Part shown: positions 1 through 14,795 of the stretch, in pieces
Layout of the letters: each line of letters begins with the position of its first letter
How positions within the stretch are numbered: position 1 is the stretch's first letter
Origin: the human T2T-CHM13v2.0 reference genome, Homo sapiens
Length of the DNA: 64,000 nt
Assembly: GCF_009914755.1 (NCBI RefSeq)
Contig: NC_060945.1
Strand: one strand, 5' to 3'
Translations under genes and position numbers: made by a program
Notes under the pieces: generated by a model
What the model was told of the DNA's origin: nothing
Database searches by the model: none
Seen by the model: only the letters and a program-made list of their open reading frames with translations

Positions 1-218
1 CCAGAAAATGTCAGGCCTGGGAGTCAGGCCTGTGCAGAAGTCCCCTGTGCAGGCCTGGGAGTCAGGATGTGCAGAAGAAACATGTGGGGCAGTTCACAGG
101 CCAGAGATCAAGTCCTCTTGAGAGACGACTCCCTAGAGAAAAAAAAAAAAGAAAGAAAGAAATCAGAATTTAATGTCACCCAATTAAAAAAAAACAAGAA
201 GCAGATTCATAGAGATCA

Positions 219-732
219 TGTGATTGGCAGAATAAAGGCCCCTGCTAAAGACGTCCTGAGAACCTGTCAATATGTTATGCTACGTAACAAAGGGAATTAG
301 GGTTGCAGGTGGAATTAAGGTTGCTATTCAGCTGGCCTTTTTATAGGGAGATTTCCTGGATTATCTGGGTGGGCCCAGTGTCATCACAAGGGTTCTTAAA
401 AGTGGAAGAGGGAAACAGAAAAAGGGAGCCCAAGAAAGAGAAGTGAAAAGGGACCAGGGCCAGGGAGATTCTATGTTGTTGGCCTTGAAGATGAGGAAGG
501 GGATCACGAGCCAAAGCATGTGCGCAGCCTCTAGAAGCTTGAAAAGTCAAGGAAATGGTTTATCTCCTAGAACCTCAAGAAAAATATGCAGCCTGTCAAC
601 ACCCTGATTTTAGCTCAATGAGACCTGTATCGGCCTTCTGACCTACAGAAGTGCAAAATAATAATAAATTCGTGTTGTTTTAAGCTACTAAGTGTGTGGC
701 AATTTGAGTTGGCAGCAGTAGAAAGCATAGAT
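219..732 (+). mobile_element. MLT1 (D/E-like) MaLR solo LTR
   Basis: ggattatctgggtgggccc..tcacaagggttctta and ttctgacctacagaa..aataaatt motifs. Confidence 0.75.
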
Positions 733-1338
733 AAGTGCTCAGGAACTGAGAACAAACAGAGAGGGACAAACAGGGCATTTGATAAACATGGAAATAATGA
801 AAAAATGAGTGAATAAAGAAATACAGGGAAGTCAGCAACTACATTTTGGGATGCATTAAAGATAAAGTCTTTATCAGCCACACAACATAATGATGACAAG
901 TGATCTAGAGACTCATCTTAGCAGCCATCTGCCCTGAACTATCCCATTCTAAGGAATGTCGACAAACCATGTCTAGTGAAGTATGAGCAATAATTAATAA
1001 GAAAAAATGTAATATTTAAATATTAATTTTAAAATAATGAATAAAAATCAGGCTTATTTCCCAATCCCCCAAGTTATAATGGCAGTTAGTCAAGACTGAG
1101 AAAATGGTTATACCTTAAAGCTGCTGACCTTTCATCCAGCAATTAATGCAATCTCATTCCACTCTGTTTCTCCCACCATACAAAACGTCAGTCACCCCAC
1201 TGCACCATGCTCTTCATGTCTCCTAGGCCTTCAAACCTACTACTGCCTCCCTTGTCTCCTGGTTAGCTCCTAGGTATCATTTATTTTACAGCTTTCCTCA
1301 AAGAAACCTGCATTTGGCTACTGATTGAGTTCAGTCCC

Positions 1339-1739
1339 TGTATTAGTCCATTCTCACACTGCTATAAAGAAATACCTGAGACCGGATAATTTATAAAGAA
1401 AAGAAATCTAATAGGCTCCTGGTTCCACAGGCTGTACAGGAAGCATGGCTGAGGAGACCTCAGGGAGCTTTTACTCATGGCAGAAGGCAAAGCCAGAGCA
1501 GGCATCTTCACATGGCCAGAGCAAGAGAAAGAGAGAGAGGGAGGAGGTGTTATACACTTTTAAACAATCAACTCTCATGAGAACTCACCCACTATCACGA
1601 AAACAGCACCTGGGGGATGGTGTTAAACCATTAGAAACCGCCCCCATGAACCAATCACCCCGCACTAGGCCCACCTCCAACATTGGAGATTACAATTCGA
1701 CATGAGATTTGGCTGGTGACACAGATCAAAATCATATCA
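1339..1739 (-). mobile_element. MSTA-like MaLR solo LTR
   Basis: tgtattagtccattctcacactgctataaag...atcatatca; near-TSD GTCCC/ATCCC. Confidence 0.85.
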
Positions 1740-2319
1740 ATCCCCTATTGCATATTCCTGTCGATGCTTGTATACTCCACTTTAGGGCATTTGTTTCACA
1801 ACTGGGATTTTCCAGTAAACCCTAAAGCGGGAATGCTGGTACAGACCAACAGTACAGAGAAGCATCAAGACCATTTTGTATTCATATCAATACAAACCCA
1901 CTCTTGCTGGTTTAACTGGACCAAGCCGGCTCTGCTGGGCTGTCACAAATGCACCCAAAAGACAGGAATAATGTCTACCTTACTCAACATTAACTTCTCA
2001 ATTCTAGTGCTTTGTCTGATACAAGATAAGTGTTCTGACAAATTTTTGTGGCATGAAAAAATTGAAAGGCCAAAACAATAAAATCTAGGTCTTTTCAAAA
2101 AATTCATTCTTGTATTCCAATTTTCATTTTCGTCACAAAAATGAGTGTTTTGGGCTACCATGTATATTCTCCTTAAAAGTTAATTTATACTGGCTCTTAT
2201 ACTTTTTTTCCCAGCAAAAAGATTACAAATATTTTCTGACCTATGTTTTTAGCTTAAAACATAGGTAAACTATACATTATGTCATATATGCATGTGCATA
2301 TAAATATATACACACACTA

Positions 2320-2931
2320 TGTCAGTCAAGGTCCTCCAAAGAAACAGAACCAATAGAATGGATGGATGGATGGATGGATGGATGGATGGATGGATGGATG
2401 GATGGAGACAGATAAAATATCACGAATTGGTTTACATGATTATGGAAGCTGAGAAGTCCCACAATTTGCCATCTATCAGATAGACAGGAAAACCAATGGT
2501 GTCGTTCCAGTCTAAGTCTGAAGGCTTGAGAACAGGGAGCACCAATGGTGTAAGTTTTCATCAAAGTTCAAAAGTCTTAAAACCAGAGAGACAACAGTAT
2601 AAGTTAAAGTTCAAGTACAAAAGCCTGGGAACCAGGAGCACCAAAGATGTAAGTCTCAGTTCAAGCGTGAGAAGACAGATGTCCCAACACAAACAGGCAG
2701 GCAGGAAAGGGATGAATCTTCCCTTCCTCCACTTTTTGTTCTATTCAGGCCCTCAACAGATTGAATGAGTCCACCCATATTGGAGAAAGCAATCTTCTTT
2801 ACTCAGTCTACCTATTCAAATGCTAATCTCTTCTAGAGACACCCTCATAGACACACACAGAAATAATGTTTAACCAAATATCTGGGCACACTGTGGTCTA
2901 GTCAAGTTGACACATAAAAATAATCATCACA
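2320..2931 (-). mobile_element. MLT2 (ERVL) LTR containing a (TGGA)n microsatellite at ~2359-2405
   Basis: gaaacagaaccaatag...gtcaagttgacacataaaa..atcaca. Confidence 0.8.
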
Positions 2932-3313
2932 CACATACATATTTATTTTTAGTGATCTTTATTTGTACTAATGTGTTTTGATTCTAGATTCATGGAATGC
3001 TCTCACTCTCATTTCTGAAGATTCAATGAGCAAGAGATTTCTGGATTCATCTGGCTGAGTGAAACTATACTACCGATTCTTTTAATGCCATGTGAATTAA
3101 AGCACATACACTTGAAAATAACAAAATTAATTAACCAGTGGTACTCAAAAAGGGCATAGACTATACTTATTTCACATACTTATTTTCCCAATAAAGATGG
3201 CCAAGAAGTAGAAGAATCTGAAGCAGACTCAGGCACTGTAGCATGGTGACACTTCATATCCAGATCACAAACTAGTTAGTCATCAAAATCATGACTATAT
3301 CAATACCTCCATA

Positions 3314-3935
3314 TGTCAGTTTTCTATTGTTGCCATAACAAATTACTGCAAATTGAGCTCCTTTAAACAACTTCAATGTATTATCTCATAGTTCTGTGGG
3401 TCAGAAGTCTGGTGAATTCAGCTGGTTCCTCTGGTCCAGGTTTCACAGACTGAAATCAAATTGCTGGCAAACTGGACTCTTATCTGAAGGCTCTGAGGGA
3501 TAACTCATTCAAGTTGTTGGAAGAATTCAGTTTTCATGACTGCAAGGCTAAGGATCATATTTCCTGGCTAGCTGTTAGCCAGGAGCCTCCCTCAGCCTCT
3601 TAAGGCTGTGCAAATTCCTCATCATGCTGCTCCCTCCAACATCAAACCAGAAAGTTCCCATTGAGTCCCTGTACTTTGAATTGTTCTCGCTGCTGCTGCT
3701 GCTGCTGCATCTCTTCTGCCTCCAGTTGGAGAAAGCTCTCTGCTTTGAAGGCTTTATGTAATTAGATTGGGCCTACTTGGATAATCCAGAATAATCTCCT
3801 CATTATATGGTCAGTAACTTTAATTACATCTGCAAAGTCCCCTTTGCCAACTAACATAACATATTCACAGGTTGCAGGGATTAGGGCATAGACAGCTCTC
3901 GGAGAGAAGTCTGGGGAGGGAACATGCTGCCTACC
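3314..3935 (-). mobile_element. MLT1 MaLR LTR, with a short (CTG)n at ~3689-3708
   Basis: ataacaaattac..tctcatagttctgtgggtcagaagtc..ttaattacatctgcaaagtccc. Confidence 0.7.
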
Positions 3936-6900
3936 ACATCCCACATCTAAAAGGAAATACATACAGGGGGTGGCAGTATCACCTTTCCTCTCTTCTGACT
4001 CAGGAATACCGCAAATGGTATCTAGAGAGAAACTGGCAAAAAATTGGAAATCAAGAATGGAACTCAATCTTTTTGAAAATACTTAGAAACTGTCTCAAGA
4101 TAATTTTTAAATCATTTATTCTATCTTATGATAATTTAAAATAACAACTTAATAACAGTGAAGATAATAAAAATATTTATTGAGAACCAGATGGGCCAGA
4201 TTGACTGTGCTAAATTCTGTTCAGTATATCATTTATCATAATTAATAAACACAACCACACACACACATCTATTTCTGTACCTCCTGCTCTGTTTTTTTTA
4301 GGCTGACTGCATATTACTAGATCAGAAATACATTGTTTTATTACTATTACTTTGAAATATATTTTAACACCAAGAAACGTAAGTCTTATTTCTAAACACC
4401 CTTCATTCCACACACACAAACACACATATTCCTCTTCTATTTAAATTTATATTAGCTATTCTCACTCATTAAATTTTTATAATGGAATTTAGGTACATAT
4501 AATTGAATTAATCATAATCCTCAGTCAATAATTATTGGAATAGAACTATTTTACCTTATTTATTTAGCGTTAATGAATAAATAAAATTAAAACTATTTAA
4601 AAAGTAACTATGGAAGGTGATGGATATGTAAATTTGTTTGACTATAGTAATCATTTTAATACATATATGTATATCAAAATATGGTGTACACCTTAAATAT
4701 ATACTTTATAGTATTTATTTTAAGATAATTTAAAAATAATGATATTGAACAAATACCCATTAATATACCACCCACCCAAGACTGAAAATATCAACACAAA
4801 TTTACATATCCTCCCCACTTTTATTCTCCTGTCTCTCCTCACACACACACACCTAGAAGTAACCACTGTCTCAAATTTTGTGTTTATCATTTCCTTCCTT
4901 TGTAAAATAATTTTTTACATACCAGCATGTTTAATCAAATGTTTATTTTACTTGTTTTTATCTTTATAAAACATCACTTTTATAAATGACTTCAGAATCA
5001 TTTTTGTCAAATCTGCTCCCCAACAAAATTTTACAACTTTAATTGAGATGCATTATATTTATAAGTGACTTGGGGAAGAATTATTATCTCTGAAATCATG
5101 AATTTTCATGTATTAGTGGTTATGACCATTCCCACTTATAATTTGTATCTCTCTTCATTGCTATTCTTTTTGTTGTTATTTGAGGTTTGTCTGGCAATTT
5201 TTTTTCAATAAGCTGTATTTTGGATGTATACACTAGAATTTGTTTTTAAACCTATAATTTCTGAATTGTCTTTATTTGCTCTATCCAACTGGTATTCTTA
5301 GATTACTTATATTGCCTTCTTTTAACTACTTAGATTAACCTTCAGCCTGTTTCATATTTATTTTTTATTTAATAAAAAACATATTTAAAATTCTAAATTA
5401 TACTCTTGAGTTACAAGTTACAATCTTACTATTCTGGTTGTCATACTATTCAAAATATTCCATAATCACGATTTTGTTCTTTGTGTACATGTTAAAGTTA
5501 CTTAGTATAATTGATTTTTTAATTTCCAAGTGATTGGTTTTTAAATCAAACTTACATTGTTAATTTCTATCTTTCCTACACTGTTCAGAGTTTTTGTCCT
5601 GTAAATCTTGTGCTTTTTATGTAACATGCAGAGTTTGTGTTCCAATATGTGATCATGTTTTAATATTATGTGAACATATTCTGTTTATAGTATATAAAAA
5701 TTAATAGTAATAATGATATTATTAAGTGTTTATTAGTAAAAGAATAGTCTGGAATATGCTTCAAAACATAGCAGCAATAACTCACTAAATACACACACAT
5801 ACACAAAGTGGTATAGATAGGTTTTTAAAGGATGGCAAAATATGAATTTTACCTCTTATCAATATAAATTGGCTATAAAGACAGAGCAAGTTGACCAAAT
5901 AGAAGCCTTCACCAATCATTCTCCCTGCAGGAACACCAAATAGAACAATTATCAACACAAAAGAAGCACCTTCATAAGAACCAAAAATCAGGTGAGTGAT
6001 CACAGTACCTGGTTTTAACTTCATATCACTGAAAGAGGTGCCGAAGAGGATAGAAAAGACAGTCTTGAATTGCCCACACCACGCCTGCCCCATCCCCCAG
6101 CAGCAGCCATGTGGTGGAGAAAGAATCTGTGTGCTTGGGGGAGGGGGAGCACAGTGACTGTGGAATTTTACATTGGAACTCAGTGCTGCCTGTCACAGCA
6201 GAAAGTAATAGTGGGCAGAACTCAGTCAGCACCCACAGAGGGATAAGTTAGACCAGCCCTAGCCAGAGGGGAATTGCCCAACCCAGTGGTTGGAACCTGA
6301 GTTCCAGCAAGCCTCACCATTGTGGGTTAAAGTACTCTGAAGTCCTAAATAAACTTGAAAGGCAACAGGGACTGCAATTCCTGGGCAAGTCCTGGTGCTG
6401 TGTTGGATTCAAAGCCAGCGGATGTTGGTGGCATGCAACCTTGTGAGACACCAGCCGGGGTGGCCAAGGGAATGCTTGCATCACCCCTCCCCAACCCCCG
6501 GCAGTGCAGCTTGCAGCTCCAGGAGAGACTTCTTTCTGCTTAATGAGAGGAGAGGGAAGAGTAAAAAGAACTTTGTCTTGCAACTTGGATACCAGTTCCA
6601 CCACAGTAGGATAGGGCACTGGGCAGAGTCATGAGGCCTCCATTCCAGAACCTAGCTTCTGTACAACATTTCTAGGCACACACTGGCGCAGAAGGGAACC
6701 TGCTCTTTTGAAGGGAAGGATCCAGTCCTGTCAAGAATTATCCACAGCTGACTAAAAAACCTTTGGGCCCTGAATAGTCAGCAGTGGTACCCAGATAGCA
6801 CTCACCATAGGCTTTGAGTGAGACTCAGAGACATGCTGGATTCCCGTATGATCCAGCACATTCCGAGTTGTGGGAGATATGGGGAAAGCCTCCTTCTTCT

Positions 6901-9900
6901 TGAGAAATGGAGAGAGAAGAATAAAAGGGACTTTGTCTTGCAGCTTAGGTACCAGCTCAACCACAGTGGAGTAAAACACCAAGCGGGCCCTTAGGGTCCC
7001 TAATTCCAGGCCTTGGCTCTTGGACAGCATTTCTGAATCTGCCCTGGGCCAGAGAGAAACCCACTGCCATGAAGGGAGAGTCTCAGGCCAGGCAGCACTC
7101 ACCTCAAGCTGACTGAAGAGCCCTTCAGCCTTGAGTGAACACTGGCAGTAGCCAGGCAGTACTCCCCCTGAGCCTTGGGTGGTGGTGGACACAAGGAAAA
7201 CTCCTCTGCTTGTGGAAAGGGAAGGGAATAGTGAGAAGGACTTCATCCTGTGGCTTGGAGGCCAGCTCAGCCACAGTAGAATAGAGCACTGGGGAGATTC
7301 TTAAGGTTTTCCAGGCCCTGTCTCCTGGAAGCATCTCCGGACCCACTGGCACTTGGGGAACTCACCACCCTAAAGGGAAGAACACAAGTCTGGCTTGCTT
7401 TGCTACCTGCTGATTTTAGAGCCCTAGGACTTTGAGCAAATATAGGCAGTAGCCAGGCAGTGGTCACCACGGGCATTGGGCAAGATCCAGTACCATGCTG
7501 ACTTCAGGTCAGACCCAGCACAGTCCCAGTGGTGGTGGCCACAGGAGTGCTTGCATAATCCCTCCCCCAACTCCAGGCAGTTCAGCATAGGGAAAGAGAT
7601 TCCATTTATTTGGGAGAAAGTAAAGAAAGAGAACAAGAATCTCTGCCTGAAAATCCAGAGAATTCTTTCAGATCTTATCCAAGACCACCACCAAGGTGGT
7701 ACCTCTACAAGTCTGCAAGAGCCACAGTGTTACTAGGCTTGAGGCATCTCCTAAGGCAGACACAAGTGTCATGACCAAAACTCAGATTACAACACCTAAG
7801 TCCCTTAGAATACCTGGAAAGCCTTCCTAAGAAAGATGGGTACAAACAAGCTCAGACTGTGAAGACTACAATAAATACCTAACTCTTCAATGCCCAGACA
7901 CTGATGAACACCCACAAACATTAAGACTATCCAGGAAAATATAACCTCACCAAATTAACTAAATAAGGCACCAGAGAACAATTCTGAAGAAACAAAGATA
8001 TATGATCTTTCAGACAGAGAATTTAAAATAGCTGTTTTGAGGAAACTCAACAAAATTCAAGATAACACAGAGAAGGAATTTATAATCCTATCAAATAAAC
8101 TTAACAAAAAGACTGAAACAATTAAAAAGAATCAAACAAAAATTCTGGAGTTGAAAAATGCCACTGAAGAATGCATCAGAGTCCCTTACCAGAAGAACTG
8201 ATCAAGCAGAAGAAAGAATTAGTGAGCTTGAAGACAGGCTATTTGAAAATACACAGAGGAGACAAAAGAAAAATGAATTTAAAGGAAGAAAGCATGCCAA
8301 AAAGATCTAGAAAATAGCCTCAAAGGGGAAAATCTAAGAGTTATTGGCCTTAAAGGGGAAGGAGAGGGGGAGAAATAGGGGTAGAAAGTTTATTCAAAAT
8401 GATAACAGAGAACTTCACAAACCTAGAGGAAAATATCAGTATTCAAGTATAAGAAAGTATAGAACACCAAGCAGATTTAACCCAAATAGGACCACCTAAA
8501 GACATTTAATAATCAAACCACTAAAGGTTAAGGATAAAGAATTTTAAAAACAGCAGGAGAAAAGAAACAACACACAATGGAGCTCCAATACATATGAGAG
8601 CAAACTATTCAGGGGAAGCTGTATAGCCCAGGAAAGAGCTGTACGACGTATCTAAAGTGCTGAAGGAAAAAACTTTTATCCTAGAATAGTATATCTGGAG
8701 GAAATAGCCTTCAAACATGAAGGAGAAATGAAGACTTTTCAAGACAAACAAAAGTGGAGGGAATTTATCAACACCAGACCTGTCCTACAAGAAATGCTAA
8801 AGAGAGTTATTCGAGCTAAAGGAAAAGAACATTAATGAGCAATAACAAATCATCTAAAGGTACAAATCTCATGGGTAATAGTAAGTACACAGAAAAAATG
8901 CAAAATATAATAACACTGTAATTGTGATGTGTAAACTACTCATATCTCGAGTAGGAAAACTAAAAAGTAAGCCAATCAAAAATAACACCTATAACTTTTC
9001 AAAACATAGATGGTACTATGTAGATATATATAAAAACAACAAAAAGTTAAAAAGTGGAAGACAAATTTAAAGTGTGCAGTTGTTATTAGCTTTGCTTGTT
9101 TTTTAGTTTGTTTATGGAATCAGTGTTCAGTTGTCAAATAGGTAATAAAATTTTATTTGCAAGCCTCATGATAACCTCAGAATCAAAAAACATACAACAG
9201 GTATGCAAAAAGTATAAAGCAATAAATTAAAACATATCTCCAGAAAAAAATCACCTTCATTATAAGGAAGAAAAGAAGCAAGAGAAGACATCCAAACAAC
9301 CAGAAAACAAATAACAAAATGGTAGAAGTAAGTCCTTACTTATCAATAATAACATTGAGCCTAAATGGACTAAACTCTCTAAGCAAAAGACACAGAGTGG
9401 CTGAATGGATGAAAAAACAAGATCCAACAATCTGTTGCCTTCAAGAAACACACTTCGCCTATAAAGACAGGCATAGACTGAAAATAAAGATATGGAAAAA
9501 AATATTCCATGCAAATGAAAACCAAAACAGTGCAAGAGTAGCTATACTTAAAATATACAAAATAGATTTAAGGACAAAAGCTATAAAAAGAGAAGAAGAA
9601 GGTCCTTATAACATGATAAAGGGGTCAATCAGCAAGAGGATGTAACAATTCTAAGCATACTTGCACCCAATACTGGAACACCCAAATGTATAAAGCAAAT
9701 ATTATTAGACCTCGAGAGAGATAGAGCCCTATACAATAATAGCTAGATACTTCAACATCTCACTTTCAGCATTGGACAGATCATCCAGACAGAAAATCAA
9801 GAAAGAAATATCAGACTTAATCTGCACTATAGACCAAATGGACCTAATTGATATTTACAGAACATTTCATTCAACAGCTGCAGAATGCATATTCTTCTCC

Positions 9901-10831
9901 TCAGGGCATGGATCATTCTCAAGTATGGACTATGTTAGGACACAAAACAAGTCTTTAAATATATTTTTTAAAAAAAGAAATTACATAAAATATTTTATCT
10001 GACCACAATGGAATAAAACTAGAAATCAATAACAAAAGGAATTTTGGAAACTACAAAAACACATGAAAATTAAACAATATGCTCCTGAATGGCAGTGGGC
10101 TAATGAAGAAATTAAGAAGACAATTTAAAAATTTCTTGAAATAAATGATAATGGAAACACAACACACCAAAACCTATGGGATCCAGTAAAAGCAGTCATA
10201 AGAGGAAAGTTTATAGCTATAAGTGCCTACATCAAAAAGGTATAAAAACTACCCAAAAACGCGTCTTTAAGAACTTAAAAAATCAGGAGTAAATCATACC
10301 CAAAATTAGTAGAAGAAGAAAAATAATGAAGACCAGAGAAGATATAAATGAAATTGAAATGAAGAAAACAATATAAAAGATCAATGAAATGAAAAGTTTG
10401 TTTTCTTGAAAAGATAAATAAAATTGAAAAACCTTTAGCCAGACTAAAAAAAGAAGAGAAAAAAATCCAAATAAATAAAATCAGAGATGAAAAAAGAGAC
10501 ATTACAACTGATGTCACAGAAATTCAATGGATCATCAGAGGCTACTATGAGAAACTATATGTCAATAAATTGGAAAACCTAGAAGAAATGGATAAATTCC
10601 TAGACACATACAACCAATCAAAATTGAGCCATGAAGAAATCCAATACCTGAATAGACCAAAAATGAGAAACAAGATTGAGCCACAATAAAAAGCCTCCCA
10701 GCAAAGAAAAGCCCTGGACCCAGTGGCTTCCCTGTTGAATTCTACCAAATTTTTAAAGAAAAACTAATACCAATCCTACTCAAACTATTCCAAAAAATAG
10801 AGGAGGGGAGAATATTTCCAAACTCATTCTA

Positions 10832-10926
10832 TTAGGCTGGTACAAATGCAATTGCGATTTTTGCCATTGAAAGTAATGGCAAAACCCACAATGGCAAAAA
10901 CCACAATTGCCTTTGCACCAACCTAA
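10832..10926. mobile_element. MADE1 (Hsmar1 MITE) inserted in L1 ORF2
   Basis: TIRs ttaggctggtacaaa...tttgcaccaacctaa; TA duplication on both sides; L1 reads through if it is removed. Confidence 0.9.
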
Positions 10927-11272
10927 TATGAGACCAGTATTACACTGATACCAAAGCCAGACAAAAGCACATCAGAAAAAGAAAACTACAGGCTAATATC
11001 GCAGATGAACATAGATGCAAAACTCCTCAACAAAATATCAGCAAACCAAATTCAACAACACATTAAAAAGGTCATTCATCATGACCAAGTGGGATTTATC
11101 CCTGGAATAAAAGGATGGTTCAACATATGCAAATCAAACAACGTGATACATCATATCAACAGAATAAAGGACAAAACCCATATGACCATTTCAATTGATG
11201 CTGAAAAAACATTTGATAAAATTAAACATCTCTTCATGATTTAAAAAAACAAAAAAACAAAAAAAACAAAAA

Positions 11273-11576
<304 letters not shown>

Positions 11577-13585
11577 TCTTGGTAAAGAAGGAATGTACCT
11601 CAGCATAATAAAAGCCAGATACAACAGACTCACAGTTAGTATCATACTAAATGGGGAAAAATTACAAGTCTTTCCTCTCAGATTTAGAACATAACAAAGA
11701 TGCCCACTTTCACCACCATTATTCAACATAGTACTGGAAGTCCTAGCTGGAGTAATCAGACAAGAGAAAGAAATAAAGGTATCCAAATTGGAAAGGAAGC
11801 AGCCAAATTATCATGGTTTACTGATGATGTGATCTTATATTTGGAAAAACTTAAAGACTCCACAAGAAAACAATGAAAACTGATAAATTCAGTAAAGTTG
11901 AAGGATACAAAATCAGCATACGTAAATCAGCAGCATTTCTATATGCCAACAGCCATCCGAAAAACATTCTGAAAAAAAATCAAGAAAGTAATACCATTTA
12001 CCATAGCTATGAATAAAATTCAATACCTAGAAATTAACCAAAGAAGTGAAAAATCTCAACAATGAAAACCATAAAACACTGATGCAAGAAATTAGAGAGA
12101 ATACCAAAAATAAAAGGAAAAATATCCCATGTTCATGTATTGAAGGAATCAATATTGTTAAAATGTTCATGCTACTACTCAAAGCAATCTACAGATTCAG
12201 TGCAATCCCTATCAAAATTTATATGGAGCCACAAAAGACCCAGAATAGCCAAAGCTATCCTGAGAAAAAAAAAAAAAGGAGGACTCACATTACCTCACTT
12301 CAAATTGTACTACAGAGCTATAGTAACCAAAACAGCAGAAAACAGGTACTGGCATGAAAACAGACACAAGAACATACCACTGGAGAAAGGACCATCTCCT
12401 CAACAAACGGTTCTGGGAAAACTGAATATCCATATGCAGAAGAATTAAATTAGACCCCTATCTCTCACGATATACAAAAATCAAATCAAAATCGATTAGA
12501 GACTTAAATCTAAGACCTTAAAATATGAAACTACTAAAAGAAAACATTGGGAAAACTCTCCAGGACACTGGTCTGGGCAAAAATTTCTTGGGTAATACCC
12601 CACAAGCACAGGAAAGCAAAGCAAAAATGGACACATATGATCACATTAAGTTAGAAAGCTTCTGCACAGCAAGTAACAAATTTAACAAAGTAAAGAGGCA
12701 ACCCACAGAATAGGAGAAAATATTTTCAAACTATCCATCTGACAAGGATTAATAACCAGTATATATAAAGAGCTCACACAACTCTGTAGGAAAAATCTAA
12801 TAATCCAATTTTAAAATGGGCAAAAGATTTGAATACACATTTTTGAAAGAAGACATACAATTTGCAACCAGGTATATAAAAAGGTGCTCAACATCATTGA
12901 TCACCAGAGAAATGCAAATCAAAACTACAATGAGATATCATCTCACCCCAGTTAAAATGATTTTATCCAAAGACAGGCAATAACAAATGTTGGCAAGGAT
13001 GCGGAGAAAAGGGAAGCCTCATACATGATTGGTGACAATGTAAATTAGTACAAGCACTATGGAGAACAGTTTGGAGTTTCCTGAAAAAACTAAAAATTGA
13101 GCTACCATATGATCCAGCAAAACCACTACTAGGTGTATACCCAAAAGAAAATAAATCAGTATATTGAAGAGACATCTGCATTCCCACATTTATTGCAGCA
13201 CTATTCACAATAGCCAAGATTTGGAAACAACCTAAGTGTCCATCAACAGGCCTTCTTATTCTTTAGTTATTTTTTGCCTGAAAAAAGTTAATTAAATCTT
13301 TTTTTCTGAAATGTGAATCTAATTCTCCTCCCACATCATTAGAGATATTGCTAAATTATCTTTCTTGACTGTATCTCTACCTTTTTCTCTTTTTCCAGGT
13401 TTTTTCCTCCAACATACCAATATTCTTACCAGTTTTTCTTTTTAAATGCCTTCTCTTTTGACCTTCTTGTTTCTCGTAGCTACTATCCTACATCATTCTC
13501 TTTAATGTCACACTACTTCCTACTTGCAAAAGTGGTCTACACTCTTAAGTCTCCAATTTCTAACCACTTTAAAACACTGCTGTAA

Positions 13586-14082
<497 letters not shown>

Positions 14083-14500
14083 TAAGGCTTGACTCCCAAT
14101 AAGTGAAGGGTGATTACATAAATGTTGCTACATTATATACTAAAGTATATAATACAACCATTAAAGATATGAACAAAAGCACCAACTGCATTTGTGACCC
14201 TTTCCATGGGATAGTCACCTTGAAGTACAACTCCTTGGCCAAAGAATATGAACATTTTGAGGGCTCTTAACCCATATTGCCAAAATGTTTTCCAGAAAAG
14301 TTTCACTGTCTCATTATTCCACACCTACTACTCCTAGCCTGTCTCCAGTATCCACATGAGTATTGCAAGAATAAAATGTGAAATGCTTGGCATACAATTA
14401 AAGAAAAAAAAAAAGATTTGACTCCCTTGCGATTTTCCTCCTAACTTTCTTGCTCTTCCACTTTTTCCTCTTCAGTTGTCTCTTAAGTACTGGGGTTCTC

Positions 14501-14795
<295 letters not shown>

